Positions 19,451-29,050 of a stretch of 64,000 nt of DNA are shown one piece after another (position 1 is the first letter of the stretch; each line of letters starts with the position of its first letter). Source of the stretch: an uncultured Eubacteriales bacterium. GTDB lineage: Bacteria; Pseudomonadota; Alphaproteobacteria; RF32; CAG-239. The position numbers and the translations under genes are program-made. The stretch is taken from NCBI GenBank assembly GCA_963632615.1, contig CAVGVF010000001.1:7993-71992 (forward strand), written 5' to 3'. Under the pieces are notes generated by a model, which ran no database searches, was not told the DNA's origin, and worked only from the letters and a program-made list of their open reading frames with translations.

Positions 19451-19472
19451 GCATGGAAAAGGGCGAACTTTT

Positions 19473-21065
19473 ATGGCTAAACCGCAGTTATTCCGCTCCT
19501 TTTCTCTGAATATAGAAGTGTACAGCATCCTTTATATGCTGTACACTTTGCTTGCTTTTAACTGCGTGTTTTTTTCTAAAATTCAGGATATCAGCCAAAG
19601 CACGCTCTTTACAACCGGCACATTTTTTGTGCTGTGGGCGCTCTTAACCATCTGCGGCTTAATACTTTTCTGGAAGCATACGGTTAAGCCGTTATCTATT
19701 TTATTTTTACTGATAAACAGCGGCGTCTTTTACTTTGTAAAAAACTATCATGTCGCCATAGATGAAGAAATGCTGCGCAATGTTTTGCAGACCAACCCGC
19801 ACGAAACCGCGGAACTGTTGAACTTTACGCTGCTGGCTTATATTTTGGTTTTAGGCGGAATACCGTCATTTATTATCAGCCGGCTCAATTTTACGGAAAC
19901 CAGCCTATTAAAACAGCGAGGCGGACTGCTGGCTTTATGCCTGCTGCTGTTTGCCGCAATTATTGTACCAAACAGTAAAGACGTGGCACAATTTACCCGC
20001 AACAATAAACCGGTAAAATATTCGCTGATTCCGGTAAACTACATCGGCGCCATAAGCTCCACAGTCAAGCACAATATGCGGGCTAATCATGAATTTACGC
20101 CAGTCGGCTTGGATTCGCACTTTACTAAGTATTGGAACAATGACAAGCCGTTATTGATTGTTTTTGTGGTCGGCGAAACCGCCCGCGCCGCTAATTTTTC
20201 TTTGGACGGCTACAGCCGCGCTACCAACGCACCGCTGGCACCATATTCCGGCAGCATTATAAACTTTACTAATGCCGTATCCTGCGGCACTTCCACCGCT
20301 GTTTCCGTACCGTGCATGTTTGCCAAAGACAACCGCACGGAATTTGACAACGGCAGCTTGGACTATACCGAAAATGTGCTGGATATATTTAAGAAAAACG
20401 GCTGGCGCACGGTTTGGCTGGAAAATAACAGCGACTGCAAAGGCGTCTGCACGCGTATTGAAAACTACAGTCCGTGCGCAAACGGCGCCGGAACCTGCTT
20501 TGACGGCATTTTAACCCAAGAAATGCAAAAACAGCTGGCTAAACCGGCACAGAATACTGTTTTGGTTATGCACCAGGCCGGCAGCCACGGCCCGACTTAT
20601 TATAAGCGCTATCCGCAAGAGTTCGGCCGATTCGCACCGGTTTGCAATACTGAAAAGCTGAATCAATGCTCAGGCGAAGAAATTATAAATACCTACGACA
20701 ACACTATTCTTTACACCTCGCAGAATTTGGCTGATATCATCGTGCTGCTGCAAAATGACTATCCGCAGTATAACAGCCTGCTGATTTATGTTTCCGACCA
20801 CGGCGAGTCCCTGGGAGAATATAATATATATCTGCATTCTGCACCGTACAGCATTGCCCCGAAAGAGCAAAAACATATTCCTTTTTTCATCTGGGCGGCA
20901 GATTCGTCTTTAAACGCGCTGAAAATAGACAAACAGTGTCTTGAATCGCAGCAAAACGAAGCTGTTTCGCATGACAACATTTTTCACACTTTGCTGGGCC
21001 TGGGCGGAATAACAGCCGCAGAATACAAACAACCTCTTGATTTATCATCCAAATGTAAAAAATAG
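19473..21065 (+). CDS. phosphoethanolamine--lipid A transferase family protein (EptA-like)
   Basis: Five N-terminal TM helices are followed by a sulfatase-type domain (VVGETARA, YVSDHGESLGE). ATG 19473 is preferred over 19443, which overlaps the alaS stop. Confidence 0.8.
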   Translation: MAKPQLFRSFSLNIEVYSILYMLYTLLAFNCVFFSKIQDISQSTLFTTGTFFVLWALLTICGLILFWKHTVKPLSILFLLINSGVFYFVKNYHVAIDEEMLRNVLQTNPHETAELLNFTLLAYILVLGGIPSFIISRLNFTETSLLKQRGGLLALCLLLFAAIIVPNSKDVAQFTRNNKPVKYSLIPVNYIGAISSTVKHNMRANHEFTPVGLDSHFTKYWNNDKPLLIVFVVGETARAANFSLDGYSRATNAPLAPYSGSIINFTNAVSCGTSTAVSVPCMFAKDNRTEFDNGSLDYTENVLDIFKKNGWRTVWLENNSDCKGVCTRIENYSPCANGAGTCFDGILTQEMQKQLAKPAQNTVLVMHQAGSHGPTYYKRYPQEFGRFAPVCNTEKLNQCSGEEIINTYDNTILYTSQNLADIIVLLQNDYPQYNSLLIYVSDHGESLGEYNIYLHSAPYSIAPKEQKHIPFFIWAADSSLNALKIDKQCLESQQNEAVSHDNIFHTLLGLGGITAAEYKQPLDLSSKCKK

Positions 21066-21159
21066 TCAAATTTTGACAAATTAGGCTTGCTTTTGCCAAA
21101 AAGCTATGCTATATAATAGGGTATTGAATTTATTATTAACCCTTTAAATATTATTTACT

Positions 21160-21618
21160 ATGAGTATTATTGCTTTAGAGAAGTTGAACGGTATGTTGGT
21201 AAACGTTAAGGCTGATACAGCTTTTGCAGAGTTTCAAGAGAAGAACCCTATGTGTATTGACCTTGCTACCTGCGATGCACAGCCTCACTTAGTCCAGCTT
21301 GTGCTGCGCGTTCCGATGTTCAAGAAGAACTCTGCTGTTCCGTTCTACGCCTTTATCAAACATTCCAACACTCTTGCTGCAGTCGTTGACGTCCAGACCG
21401 GTTCGGCTAAGATTATAGATCCGTCCGTCATTGCGTCCGAAACAGAAGTTCAGGGAAACTTCCGCATCAAAGGTGTTACCTACGGCCTCAAAGACACTAT
21501 CAACGGCTTCAAGCGCTATCGCCCGCTGTCTGTAGAACCTCGCCGCCCGCGCAAACATTTGACACCGCTCAGTCTGGATGTTGTCAATAGCAAGGAAGAA
21601 GCTGAAATCGCAGAATAA
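21160..21618 (+). CDS. hypothetical protein
   Basis: 152-aa ORF with normal GC, followed by a strong terminator. No motif recognised. Confidence 0.55.
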   Translation: MSIIALEKLNGMLVNVKADTAFAEFQEKNPMCIDLATCDAQPHLVQLVLRVPMFKKNSAVPFYAFIKHSNTLAAVVDVQTGSAKIIDPSVIASETEVQGNFRIKGVTYGLKDTINGFKRYRPLSVEPRRPRKHLTPLSLDVVNSKEEAEIAE

Positions 21619-21636
21619 CTTCTCGGCAGATTATTT

Positions 21637-21668
21637 AAGCACTCGTTTTTACGAGTGCTTTTTTTGTT
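21637..21668 (+). terminator. rho-independent terminator
   Basis: AAGCACTCG / CGAGTGCTT stem followed by T-runs. Confidence 0.8.
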
Positions 21669-21753
21669 TTAAGACGCTGAATTTTATTTATTTATAAATA
21701 TTTTTGTTTTATGATACAGCCATTGTTTAAAGTTTTTTTTAATGAGGCTCATC

Positions 21754-22758
21754 ATGAATAAAATTGCCATTGTTGGTGTAAATAACAGTTTAGGTCGTGA
21801 AATATTAAATATTTTGGAAGAAAACGGCACTCCTGCCGACAGCATTTTTGCCGTAGACACAAACAGCCCGCTCGGCACGCAGGTTTCTTACGGCGAAGAC
21901 GTGGATATGGATGTCTGGAATTTGGATGATTTTGACTTTTCATCCGTTAAAATTGCCGTGTTTGCCACATCGGAAGAAATCGCTAAACGCTATATTCCGC
22001 ACGCCTCCGCCAAAAAAGTAATGGTGATAGATTGTTCTACCGCCCACACCGCAGATTCAGACGTTCCGCTGATTATTGCCGGACTGAATGATGAAAAAAT
22101 AGCCGATGCCAAAAAAGGCATTATCGCTGTTCCGTCGCCGCAGGTAACACAAATTATGATTCCGCTGCAGAAAGTAACTGAAAATCATAAAATTAAGCGC
22201 TTCGTAATCAACACCTACATGGCCGCCTCCATTTACGGCCGTGAAGCCATGGACGAGCTTTTTGCCCAAACCCGCAAAATTTTTATGAACGAACCTATCG
22301 TTGACGATGAAAAAATTTTTCATAAGCAAATTGCTTTTAACGTTTTGCCGCAGGTCGGCGAATTTATCGGCGATGAAACAAAATATGAATGGGCTGCCAA
22401 TGTGGAAATAAAAAAGATTTTGGGCGGCGACATAAAAGTTCATGCTAACTGCGCCGTTATTCCGGCTTTTATCGGCATCGGAGAATTTGTGAACGTTGAA
22501 TGCGAAGATGACGTTGATATTGATCAGATCCGCAATCAAATGCGCAGCACCAAAGGTGTGGTGGTTTTTGACAAGCACGTTGACTGCGGCTACGTTTCCA
22601 TCAACGATGTTCAGGGCGAAAATGACATTTATGTCAGCCGCCTGCGTCAGGATGTTTCTGTTGAAAACGGTTTCAGTTTTTGGTGCGTTGCCGATGATTT
22701 GCGTGCCGGAACCGCTCAAAACGCTTACAATATTTTGAAAATTCTGCTCAAAAAATAG
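21754..22758 (+). CDS. aspartate-semialdehyde dehydrogenase family protein with degenerate active site (Asd-derived, probably non-catalytic)
   Basis: It aligns along its full length with alpha-type Asd (AMDELFAQTR, IAFNVLP, YVSRLRQD, FWCVADDLRAG). The NADP loop reads GVNNSLG, the NPNCST Cys segment reads VPSPQVT, and CVRVPVxxGHSE reads CAVIPAFIGIGE. Confidence 0.7.
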   Translation: MNKIAIVGVNNSLGREILNILEENGTPADSIFAVDTNSPLGTQVSYGEDVDMDVWNLDDFDFSSVKIAVFATSEEIAKRYIPHASAKKVMVIDCSTAHTADSDVPLIIAGLNDEKIADAKKGIIAVPSPQVTQIMIPLQKVTENHKIKRFVINTYMAASIYGREAMDELFAQTRKIFMNEPIVDDEKIFHKQIAFNVLPQVGEFIGDETKYEWAANVEIKKILGGDIKVHANCAVIPAFIGIGEFVNVECEDDVDIDQIRNQMRSTKGVVVFDKHVDCGYVSINDVQGENDIYVSRLRQDVSVENGFSFWCVADDLRAGTAQNAYNILKILLKK

Positions 22759-22767
22759 GAGAAATCC

Positions 22768-25194
22768 ATGGTTAAATTTTTAAAAACCGCCTTTATCGCC
22801 TTTTTTACCGCCGCCCTGCTCGTTGCCAATGTCCGGGCTGCCGATGAAACCGCTTCAAAGAATACTATTGATTTCAACCGCATAAATAAAAAGCTGGAGC
22901 AAATTGACAATGCTCTGAAAGGCGAAAATTTAACTGAAGAAAATATCAACAGCTATGTCAGCTATTTGGGCGAGCAAGAAGCACAAATCAGTGCTACCCG
23001 CAAGGATTTGGACAAGGATATAAAATACATCCAAAAGCAGCTTGACGCCTTGGGCGAGCCTAAAGAGGGCGCTGCCGAAGACAAGGTTATAACCAAACAG
23101 CGCGACAGCTTGACTAAGGAGCTGACGGCCGAAGACCGCGTGCTGAAAGAAGCCGATTTGCTGATTGTCCGAATTGAAGACTTAACCACGCAGGTTCTAA
23201 ATGCCCGCAGCAAACGCGTTTACGGCGACTTAATCACTAAGCAGTCAGCGCTTATTAACCCGATGGTTTTCTTTAACAGCCTGAAGCTTTATGCCATTTT
23301 CTTCTGGGATATCACAAAATCGCCGATTGACTGGTATCAAAGCATTCCGGCCGAAGACCGCAGCTACACCATTCTCAGCATTGTTTCCATGGCACTGATT
23401 TTGATTGCCGCTCTGGCCGTTGCCATTATTCTGCGTAAATATATTCTGGCGCATTGGGGCTATAAAGACGATATTGAGCTGCCGCACTTCAGCCGCAAAG
23501 TGGTTGCCGCCATTGCCGTGGCTATCGCCCGCGGTTTGATTCCGGACGCCTTTGTCGGCGCCTGCATGATTTGGATGGTCAGCACCAAAATTTTCGGCGA
23601 CAGCCTGTTAGGCCACGTTTTGATGATTACCGGCTTTGCATCGTTCTTAGCCATCATTGAAGCGACAATCTCCCGCGTGACATTTGCTCCGAACTATCCG
23701 CAATGGCGCTTGTTTAATGTTCCAAACGATAAGGCACTGCGCTTTACCCGTGTGATTTTTATGTTCATTATCTGTAATGCCATCGCTCTGATTCAAGTGG
23801 TAGTCGCTCAAAAAGCCGGCTACTCTATTGACACCGTTCACTTTTTAACCATGATTTCCTGCGCTGTTAAGGCATTTTTCCTGATTTGGATTATAAAAAT
23901 CGCTATTGACACCTACCGCGAAATGAAAGGTATAACCGCCGAAAATATTGAAGAAAATGAGGAAGAAACCGATTCGCTGGACAGCGGATTTAAGATTATG
24001 GTTGCCAGCAACCTGCTCTTAGCCACCGCATTCGGTCTATCCTTAATCGGCTATCCGGAACTCTCCTCCTTTATTTTGCGCAACCTTATTCTATCTATGG
24101 TTATTTTCGGTATTTTCGAATTATTCCGCCATGCCTTTATTGATATTTTGAAGCGCATAATCTTGGCTAGCCCGTGGATGAAATCCATTAAAGTAACCAA
24201 GCGCAACGTCAGCAAAATAGAGTTTTGGCTGACTTCGCTGATTAACCCGATTTTAGTTTTAGCTCTTATTTTTACCTTGCTGAATCTCTGGGGCTTGCCG
24301 GGCGACTTTATGCTGCAGATGGGCAAGAAGCTGCTGTTCGGTTTCAAAATCGGCGGCGTGCAGATTTCCTTAATCGCCATCGCTTTTGGTATTTTAATAT
24401 TCTTTGTTTCCTTAACCGTGGTCAAAATCCTTAAAAAGCACTTGGCTGCCAATGTTTTCAACAACATGGATATTGATGACGGCATTAAACACTCGCTCAT
24501 TTCCGGCATCAGCTTTGTCGGGTTTATAATCTCGTGCTTGCTGGCAATTATCGCCGTTGGTGTTGACTTAACCAACCTCGCATTCATCGCCGGTGCTTTA
24601 TCAGTCGGTATCGGTTTCGGTTTGCAGGATGTAATTAAAAACCTTGTATCCGGTATCATCATTTTGTTTGAACGTCCGTTTAAGGTCGGCGACTGGGTAA
24701 TTATGAACGGCACAGAAGGCAAAATTAAGCAAATTAACATCCGCTCTACTGAAATGGAAAGCTTCAACCGCACCAGCGTGATTGTACCGAACGCTACCTT
24801 GCTTTCCAGCTCCATTGTCAACCTGACTCACGGCGACAACATTTCTCGCCAAAGCATCGTGGTCGGCGTGGCCTATGGTTCAGACGTGGATAAAGTCCGT
24901 AAAATTTTGCTGGAATGCGCTTTGGCTCATAAATATGTCATGAAAAATCCGGCGCCATACGTGTTGTTCAAAGATTTTGCCGACAGCAGCCTTACCTTTG
25001 AACTGCGCTGCTATACTAATGATATTTGGAAAGGCTGGGTTGTGCCGAGCGATTTGCGCTTTGCCATCAACAAACGCTTTATTGAAGAAGGCATAGAAAT
25101 TCCGTTCCCGCAGATTGTTGTCCACTCCGGCGAAAAAGTGGCGCAGGAAAATCAATTCTACGCCCTCAAAAAAGGCGAAACAGAACAAAGTTAA
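22768..25194 (+). CDS. mechanosensitive ion channel family protein (MscK/KefA-like large form)
   Basis: 808 aa. A signal peptide and coiled-coil periplasmic region are followed by about 10 TM helices and a C-terminal MscS core (GFGLQDVIKNLVSGIIILFERPFKVGDWV). Confidence 0.85.
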   Translation: MVKFLKTAFIAFFTAALLVANVRAADETASKNTIDFNRINKKLEQIDNALKGENLTEENINSYVSYLGEQEAQISATRKDLDKDIKYIQKQLDALGEPKEGAAEDKVITKQRDSLTKELTAEDRVLKEADLLIVRIEDLTTQVLNARSKRVYGDLITKQSALINPMVFFNSLKLYAIFFWDITKSPIDWYQSIPAEDRSYTILSIVSMALILIAALAVAIILRKYILAHWGYKDDIELPHFSRKVVAAIAVAIARGLIPDAFVGACMIWMVSTKIFGDSLLGHVLMITGFASFLAIIEATISRVTFAPNYPQWRLFNVPNDKALRFTRVIFMFIICNAIALIQVVVAQKAGYSIDTVHFLTMISCAVKAFFLIWIIKIAIDTYREMKGITAENIEENEEETDSLDSGFKIMVASNLLLATAFGLSLIGYPELSSFILRNLILSMVIFGIFELFRHAFIDILKRIILASPWMKSIKVTKRNVSKIEFWLTSLINPILVLALIFTLLNLWGLPGDFMLQMGKKLLFGFKIGGVQISLIAIAFGILIFFVSLTVVKILKKHLAANVFNNMDIDDGIKHSLISGISFVGFIISCLLAIIAVGVDLTNLAFIAGALSVGIGFGLQDVIKNLVSGIIILFERPFKVGDWVIMNGTEGKIKQINIRSTEMESFNRTSVIVPNATLLSSSIVNLTHGDNISRQSIVVGVAYGSDVDKVRKILLECALAHKYVMKNPAPYVLFKDFADSSLTFELRCYTNDIWKGWVVPSDLRFAINKRFIEEGIEIPFPQIVVHSGEKVAQENQFYALKKGETEQS

Positions 25195-25237
25195 TGCTTG
25201 CAAAATTTGCAAAACTGCTTTATGTATTATTGTGTTT

Positions 25238-25313
<76 letters not shown>

Positions 25314-25321
25314 TTGTTTTC

Positions 25322-25356
25322 AAGGGGTTATGACAATTCATAGCCCTTTATTTTTA
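25322..25356 (+). terminator. probable terminator after tRNA-Thr
   Basis: AAGGGGTTATG / CATAGCCCTT imperfect stem followed by TATTTTTAT. Confidence 0.5.
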
Positions 25357-25381
25357 TAAAACAAAACCCGCTGCAAATAGC

Positions 25382-25535
25382 GGGCGGATGTTCAGAAACC
25401 GTAAAAACCTTAACGGCTCGGCTTATTCAGCTCATAGCCTTATTTAGCCGACATCCGCTCTAAGCAGAAATCGGCATATAACAATTTTAAGTCGCTTATG
25501 CGTAGCGACTAGGTTTTTAAGGGTTTCTGACGCCC
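25382..25535. ncRNA. candidate structured small RNA (154 nt, class and strand unresolved)
   Basis: The two ends pair over about 21 bp in three blocks: GGGCG/CGCCC, TCAGAAACC/GGTTTCTGA and AAAAACC/GGTTTTT. Internal hairpins are TCGGCT/AGCCGA and GTCGCT/AGCGAC. No ORF is present. Confidence 0.4.
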
Positions 25536-25658
25536 TAAACCGACCATAATCGGTTCAAAATAAGTTTAACGAACTGTATCAATTTTAGCAAGAAAAATGT
25601 TACAATAAAAAAGGAGCAGAAAATTCATCCTACCCCTTTTTAAATAACAGCTTAAATT

Positions 25659-26846
25659 TTACTTATGCAAAGCCAAGCGCATCGTATCTTGAGCGATAAC
25701 CAATTCTTCATCAGTCGGAATAACAAAAACTTTGACTTTTGAATCCGGAGTGGAAATCATAATTTCAGTAGCGTGCTTTTTGTTATTTTCATAGTCCGGC
25801 TTAATGCCTAAGTAAGACAGATGTTCCATAACCAGCTGACGGATAATAACGCCGTGTTCGCCAACGCCTGCGGTGAATACAATGGCATCAACTCCGCCCA
25901 AAACAGCAATGTAAGCGCCGATATATTTCAGCAATGCGTGCACGTATGTTTTGGTGGCCAAAATACATTTTTCGTTGCCGCTTAAATAGCCGGCTTCAAT
26001 GTCGCGGTTGTCGGAGTATCCGCATAAAGCCAGCATACCGCTTTGCTTGTTCATCATTTCATTTACTTCATGAGCGCTTAAGCCGTCTTTCTTTTCTATA
26101 TAAAGCGGAATATACGGGTCAATGTCACCGCAGCGGGTACCCATAATCGTGCCGGCCAGCGGAGTAAAACCCATAGAGGTATCAACGCACACGCCGTTGT
26201 CAATAGCCGAAATAGACGCGCCGTTGCCCATGTGGCAGGTAATTATTTTACCCTTTTTGCCAATCAATTCGGCACAGCGTTCCGAAACATATTTATGTGA
26301 AGTGCCGTGAAAACCGTAGCGGCGGATTTTATTGCGCACATACTGATCTTCCGGCAGAGCATAGCGGTAAGCTTCCGGCGGCATAGTCTGATGGAAAGAG
26401 GTGTCAAACACTGCAACCTGCGGAATATCCGGCAAAGCCGCCTTAACCGCCTTAATGCCCAGCACATGAGCCGGATTATGCAGCGGAGCCAAATCCGATA
26501 AATCTGCAATCTGTTCAATTACTTTATCCGTAATCAAAACCGAGCCTTTAAAAATATCGCCACCCTGCACAATACGGTGGCCGACAGCGCTGAGCTCTTC
26601 CAAATTTTTCAAAGCGCCGTTCAGCAGGCATTTCAAAACATCTTTAATAGCTTCGGCGTGGGTTGGCATACTCATCAGCTCTTCTTTTTTATCAGAGCCG
26701 GTATGCTGATATTTCAAAATAGAATTGGCCTGCCCGATGCGTTCCGCAATACCTTTGGAAACAACATTGTAATTACCGCCGTCAACATTATAGAGCTGAA
26801 ATTTAAGAGAAGATGAACCGCAGTTTATAACTAAAATTTTTTCCAT
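25659..26846 (-). CDS. ackA: acetate kinase
   Basis: 395 aa. N-terminus ILVINCGSSSLKFQL, with HRIVQGG, GFHGTSH and TAGVGE motifs. Confidence 0.94.
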   Translation of the reverse strand: MEKILVINCGSSSLKFQLYNVDGGNYNVVSKGIAERIGQANSILKYQHTGSDKKEELMSMPTHAEAIKDVLKCLLNGALKNLEELSAVGHRIVQGGDIFKGSVLITDKVIEQIADLSDLAPLHNPAHVLGIKAVKAALPDIPQVAVFDTSFHQTMPPEAYRYALPEDQYVRNKIRRYGFHGTSHKYVSERCAELIGKKGKIITCHMGNGASISAIDNGVCVDTSMGFTPLAGTIMGTRCGDIDPYIPLYIEKKDGLSAHEVNEMMNKQSGMLALCGYSDNRDIEAGYLSGNEKCILATKTYVHALLKYIGAYIAVLGGVDAIVFTAGVGEHGVIIRQLVMEHLSYLGIKPDYENNKKHATEIMISTPDSKVKVFVIPTDEELVIAQDTMRLALHK

Positions 26847-26857
26847 AGCTTAATCCT

Positions 26858-27862
26858 TTATTTTTGAGCTTGAATACATGTAATGGCGATAGCGCCGACA
26901 ATATCTTCGGCAAAGCAGCCGCGCGACAAATCATTAACCGGAGCATTTAAGCCCTGTAAAATCGGGCCGTAAGCTTCGCAGCCGCCTAAACGCTGCAATA
27001 ATTTATAACCGATATTTCCGGCTTCCAAATTCGGGAAAATCAAAACGCGGGCATGTCCGGCAACATGGCTGCCAGGCGCTTTTTTGGCGGCAACAACGGA
27101 ATCCAATGCCGCATCGGCCTGCAGTTCGCCATCTACTTCAATACCTAAATTCTTATATTCTTCCGTTTGCAAAGCCTCCTGCACCATTTTGGTAGCACGT
27201 ACGACTTTATCTACGTTGTCGCCTTTGCCGGAACCTTTGGTGGAATATGAAAGCATGGCGATAGACGGTTCAATACCGAAATGAATGGCGGTTTCGGCCG
27301 CATTCAAAGCGATATCGGCCAATTCTTTGTCAGTCGGCTCAATGATAATGCCGCAGTCCGACAAAACATAAGGTTTGTCATTGGATAAAATAATGAAAAA
27401 CGAGGAAACGCTGCTGCCTTTTTTAGCTGATTTAATAATCTGCAGCGCCGGACGTACGGTGTCGGCGGTAGAGTGATTGGCGCCGGAAACCATACCGTCA
27501 GCATGGCCGGATTTTATCATCAAAGTTCCGAAATAGTTGTAGTTCAAAGCCAATTTTGCCGCATCTTCATGGCTCAGGCCTTTTTCTTTACGCAAATTAT
27601 AAAGCAATTCGGTATATTCCGGCAAACGGGTATCTTCTTCCGGTTTTACCAATTCAATATCGGCCAAATCCCAGCCTTTTTCAGCATAAAAAGCTTTTAT
27701 TTTAGCAACATCGCCCAAAATAATCACTTTTGCCGCTTTTTCGGCCGTAATCAAATGGGCGGCGGTTAAAACACGCTCATCTTCGCCTTCCGGAAGAACA
27801 ATAGTTTTCAAGTCTTTTTTTGCCCGTTCCAGCAGGCTTTTGATGTATGTGCTTTTTATCAT
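26858..27862 (-). CDS. pta: phosphate acetyltransferase (short form)
   Basis: 334 aa. Strings include IVLPEGEDERVL, DGMVSGA, SDCGI and PILQGL. It lies immediately upstream of ackA on the same strand. Confidence 0.92.
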   Translation of the reverse strand: MIKSTYIKSLLERAKKDLKTIVLPEGEDERVLTAAHLITAEKAAKVIILGDVAKIKAFYAEKGWDLADIELVKPEEDTRLPEYTELLYNLRKEKGLSHEDAAKLALNYNYFGTLMIKSGHADGMVSGANHSTADTVRPALQIIKSAKKGSSVSSFFIILSNDKPYVLSDCGIIIEPTDKELADIALNAAETAIHFGIEPSIAMLSYSTKGSGKGDNVDKVVRATKMVQEALQTEEYKNLGIEVDGELQADAALDSVVAAKKAPGSHVAGHARVLIFPNLEAGNIGYKLLQRLGGCEAYGPILQGLNAPVNDLSRGCFAEDIVGAIAITCIQAQK

Positions 27863-28006
27863 AGCAAACGTCCTTATATATGTTAAAAATAAATTATTCT
27901 TACTTAACCGCGCATTTTTTAAAATTAAATTAAAATGTTTGATAAAAGTTTTGCTTTTTTAATTAAGCTATACTATTTTAAGAGAAAAGACTCAAGGAGA
28001 ATTTTT

Positions 28007-29044
28007 ATGAAAAAGACAGTTGTTTGGGTTCTAGCAATGCTGATGGCTTTTCCGGCCTTGGCAAAAGTAAGTTTTGAAGCACAAATTCCGGTTGAAGTGG
28101 AAGCTGAAAATTCGGTAAAAGCCAAAGACAAAGCCATGCAGGAAGCACAGCGTCAGGGCTTTTTGGAAGTGGCAGGCCGTTTGCTGACCGTTCCGGAAAA
28201 CATCGAAAACTTAAAAAGCTTGAGCGATGATGAAATACTGCACTTTATACAGGCTGTCAGCGTGGCCGATGAAAAAGCCGGCGGCACAAAGTATAAGGCC
28301 GTTTTAACCGTGCAGATAAATGAACCGCTTCTGAAAGATTATTTAGCCGAAAACAATATGATAGATGCAGAAACAACCAGCCTTCTGGTTATTCCGGTAT
28401 ATAAAGAAATGCCGCGCACCGCGCCGCAGCTTTGGGAAAATACAAACGCCTGGCGTACATCCTGGCGCAGCAAAGGCCTCATTAAATTCGGCACTATGGA
28501 AGTGCAGACTGCCGATGCCAGATTTCAAGATATAGAAAATTTATCGGCCGAAAATGCCCTTTATATGGATTCTACGTTATATAACACTATTTCCGAGCGT
28601 TTCGGTTCGGACAGAGTTTATGTCATTTATGCCGAAACTCAAGAAAACGGCGATTTAAAGGTAACTGTTAAAAATGAGAAAAATAAAAGCGAAAACAGTT
28701 TTTCGGTCTACAATGACAACGAAGGCAATTTATTTGACAAAGCCGTTGAAAAAAGCGTGATGTTTATTTCTAATATGGAGCGAGAAGCCGAAAACAGCAG
28801 CGGAACTGTTGCTAACGGGACTCTGAACGCTGTTTATGAATACGGCAATATAAAAGACTGGCTGGCTAAAAGCACAGCAATTACCGCTTTGCCGCAAGTT
28901 GACAATATAGACACCAAAAGTTTAGGCGGCGGGAAAGTAAGCTTTACCATCAATTATAACGGTTCTTTGGACGATTTGCTTAATGCCTTTCAAGAACTGG
29001 GCTTGAGCTATGAAAATAATGATAATTACTACATTTTAAGGTAA
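28007..29044 (+). CDS. secreted hypothetical protein (possibly DUF2066-like)
   Basis: An AAGGAGA RBS lies 6 nt before ATG 28007. The signal peptide is MKKTVVWVLAMLMAFPALA. Its position upstream of an AI-2E transporter recalls DUF2066 genes, which is a weak, from-memory association. Confidence 0.5.
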   Translation: MKKTVVWVLAMLMAFPALAKVSFEAQIPVEVEAENSVKAKDKAMQEAQRQGFLEVAGRLLTVPENIENLKSLSDDEILHFIQAVSVADEKAGGTKYKAVLTVQINEPLLKDYLAENNMIDAETTSLLVIPVYKEMPRTAPQLWENTNAWRTSWRSKGLIKFGTMEVQTADARFQDIENLSAENALYMDSTLYNTISERFGSDRVYVIYAETQENGDLKVTVKNEKNKSENSFSVYNDNEGNLFDKAVEKSVMFISNMEREAENSSGTVANGTLNAVYEYGNIKDWLAKSTAITALPQVDNIDTKSLGGGKVSFTINYNGSLDDLLNAFQELGLSYENNDNYYILR

Positions 29045-29050
29045 AAACTA

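Noticed and set aside
25382-25535. Firm identification as 6S RNA (ssrS)
   Set aside because: Only the size and rod-like pairing fit. I cannot place the conserved central-bubble features by eye, and the usual downstream ygfA-type gene is absent. It is kept only as an unclassified candidate.
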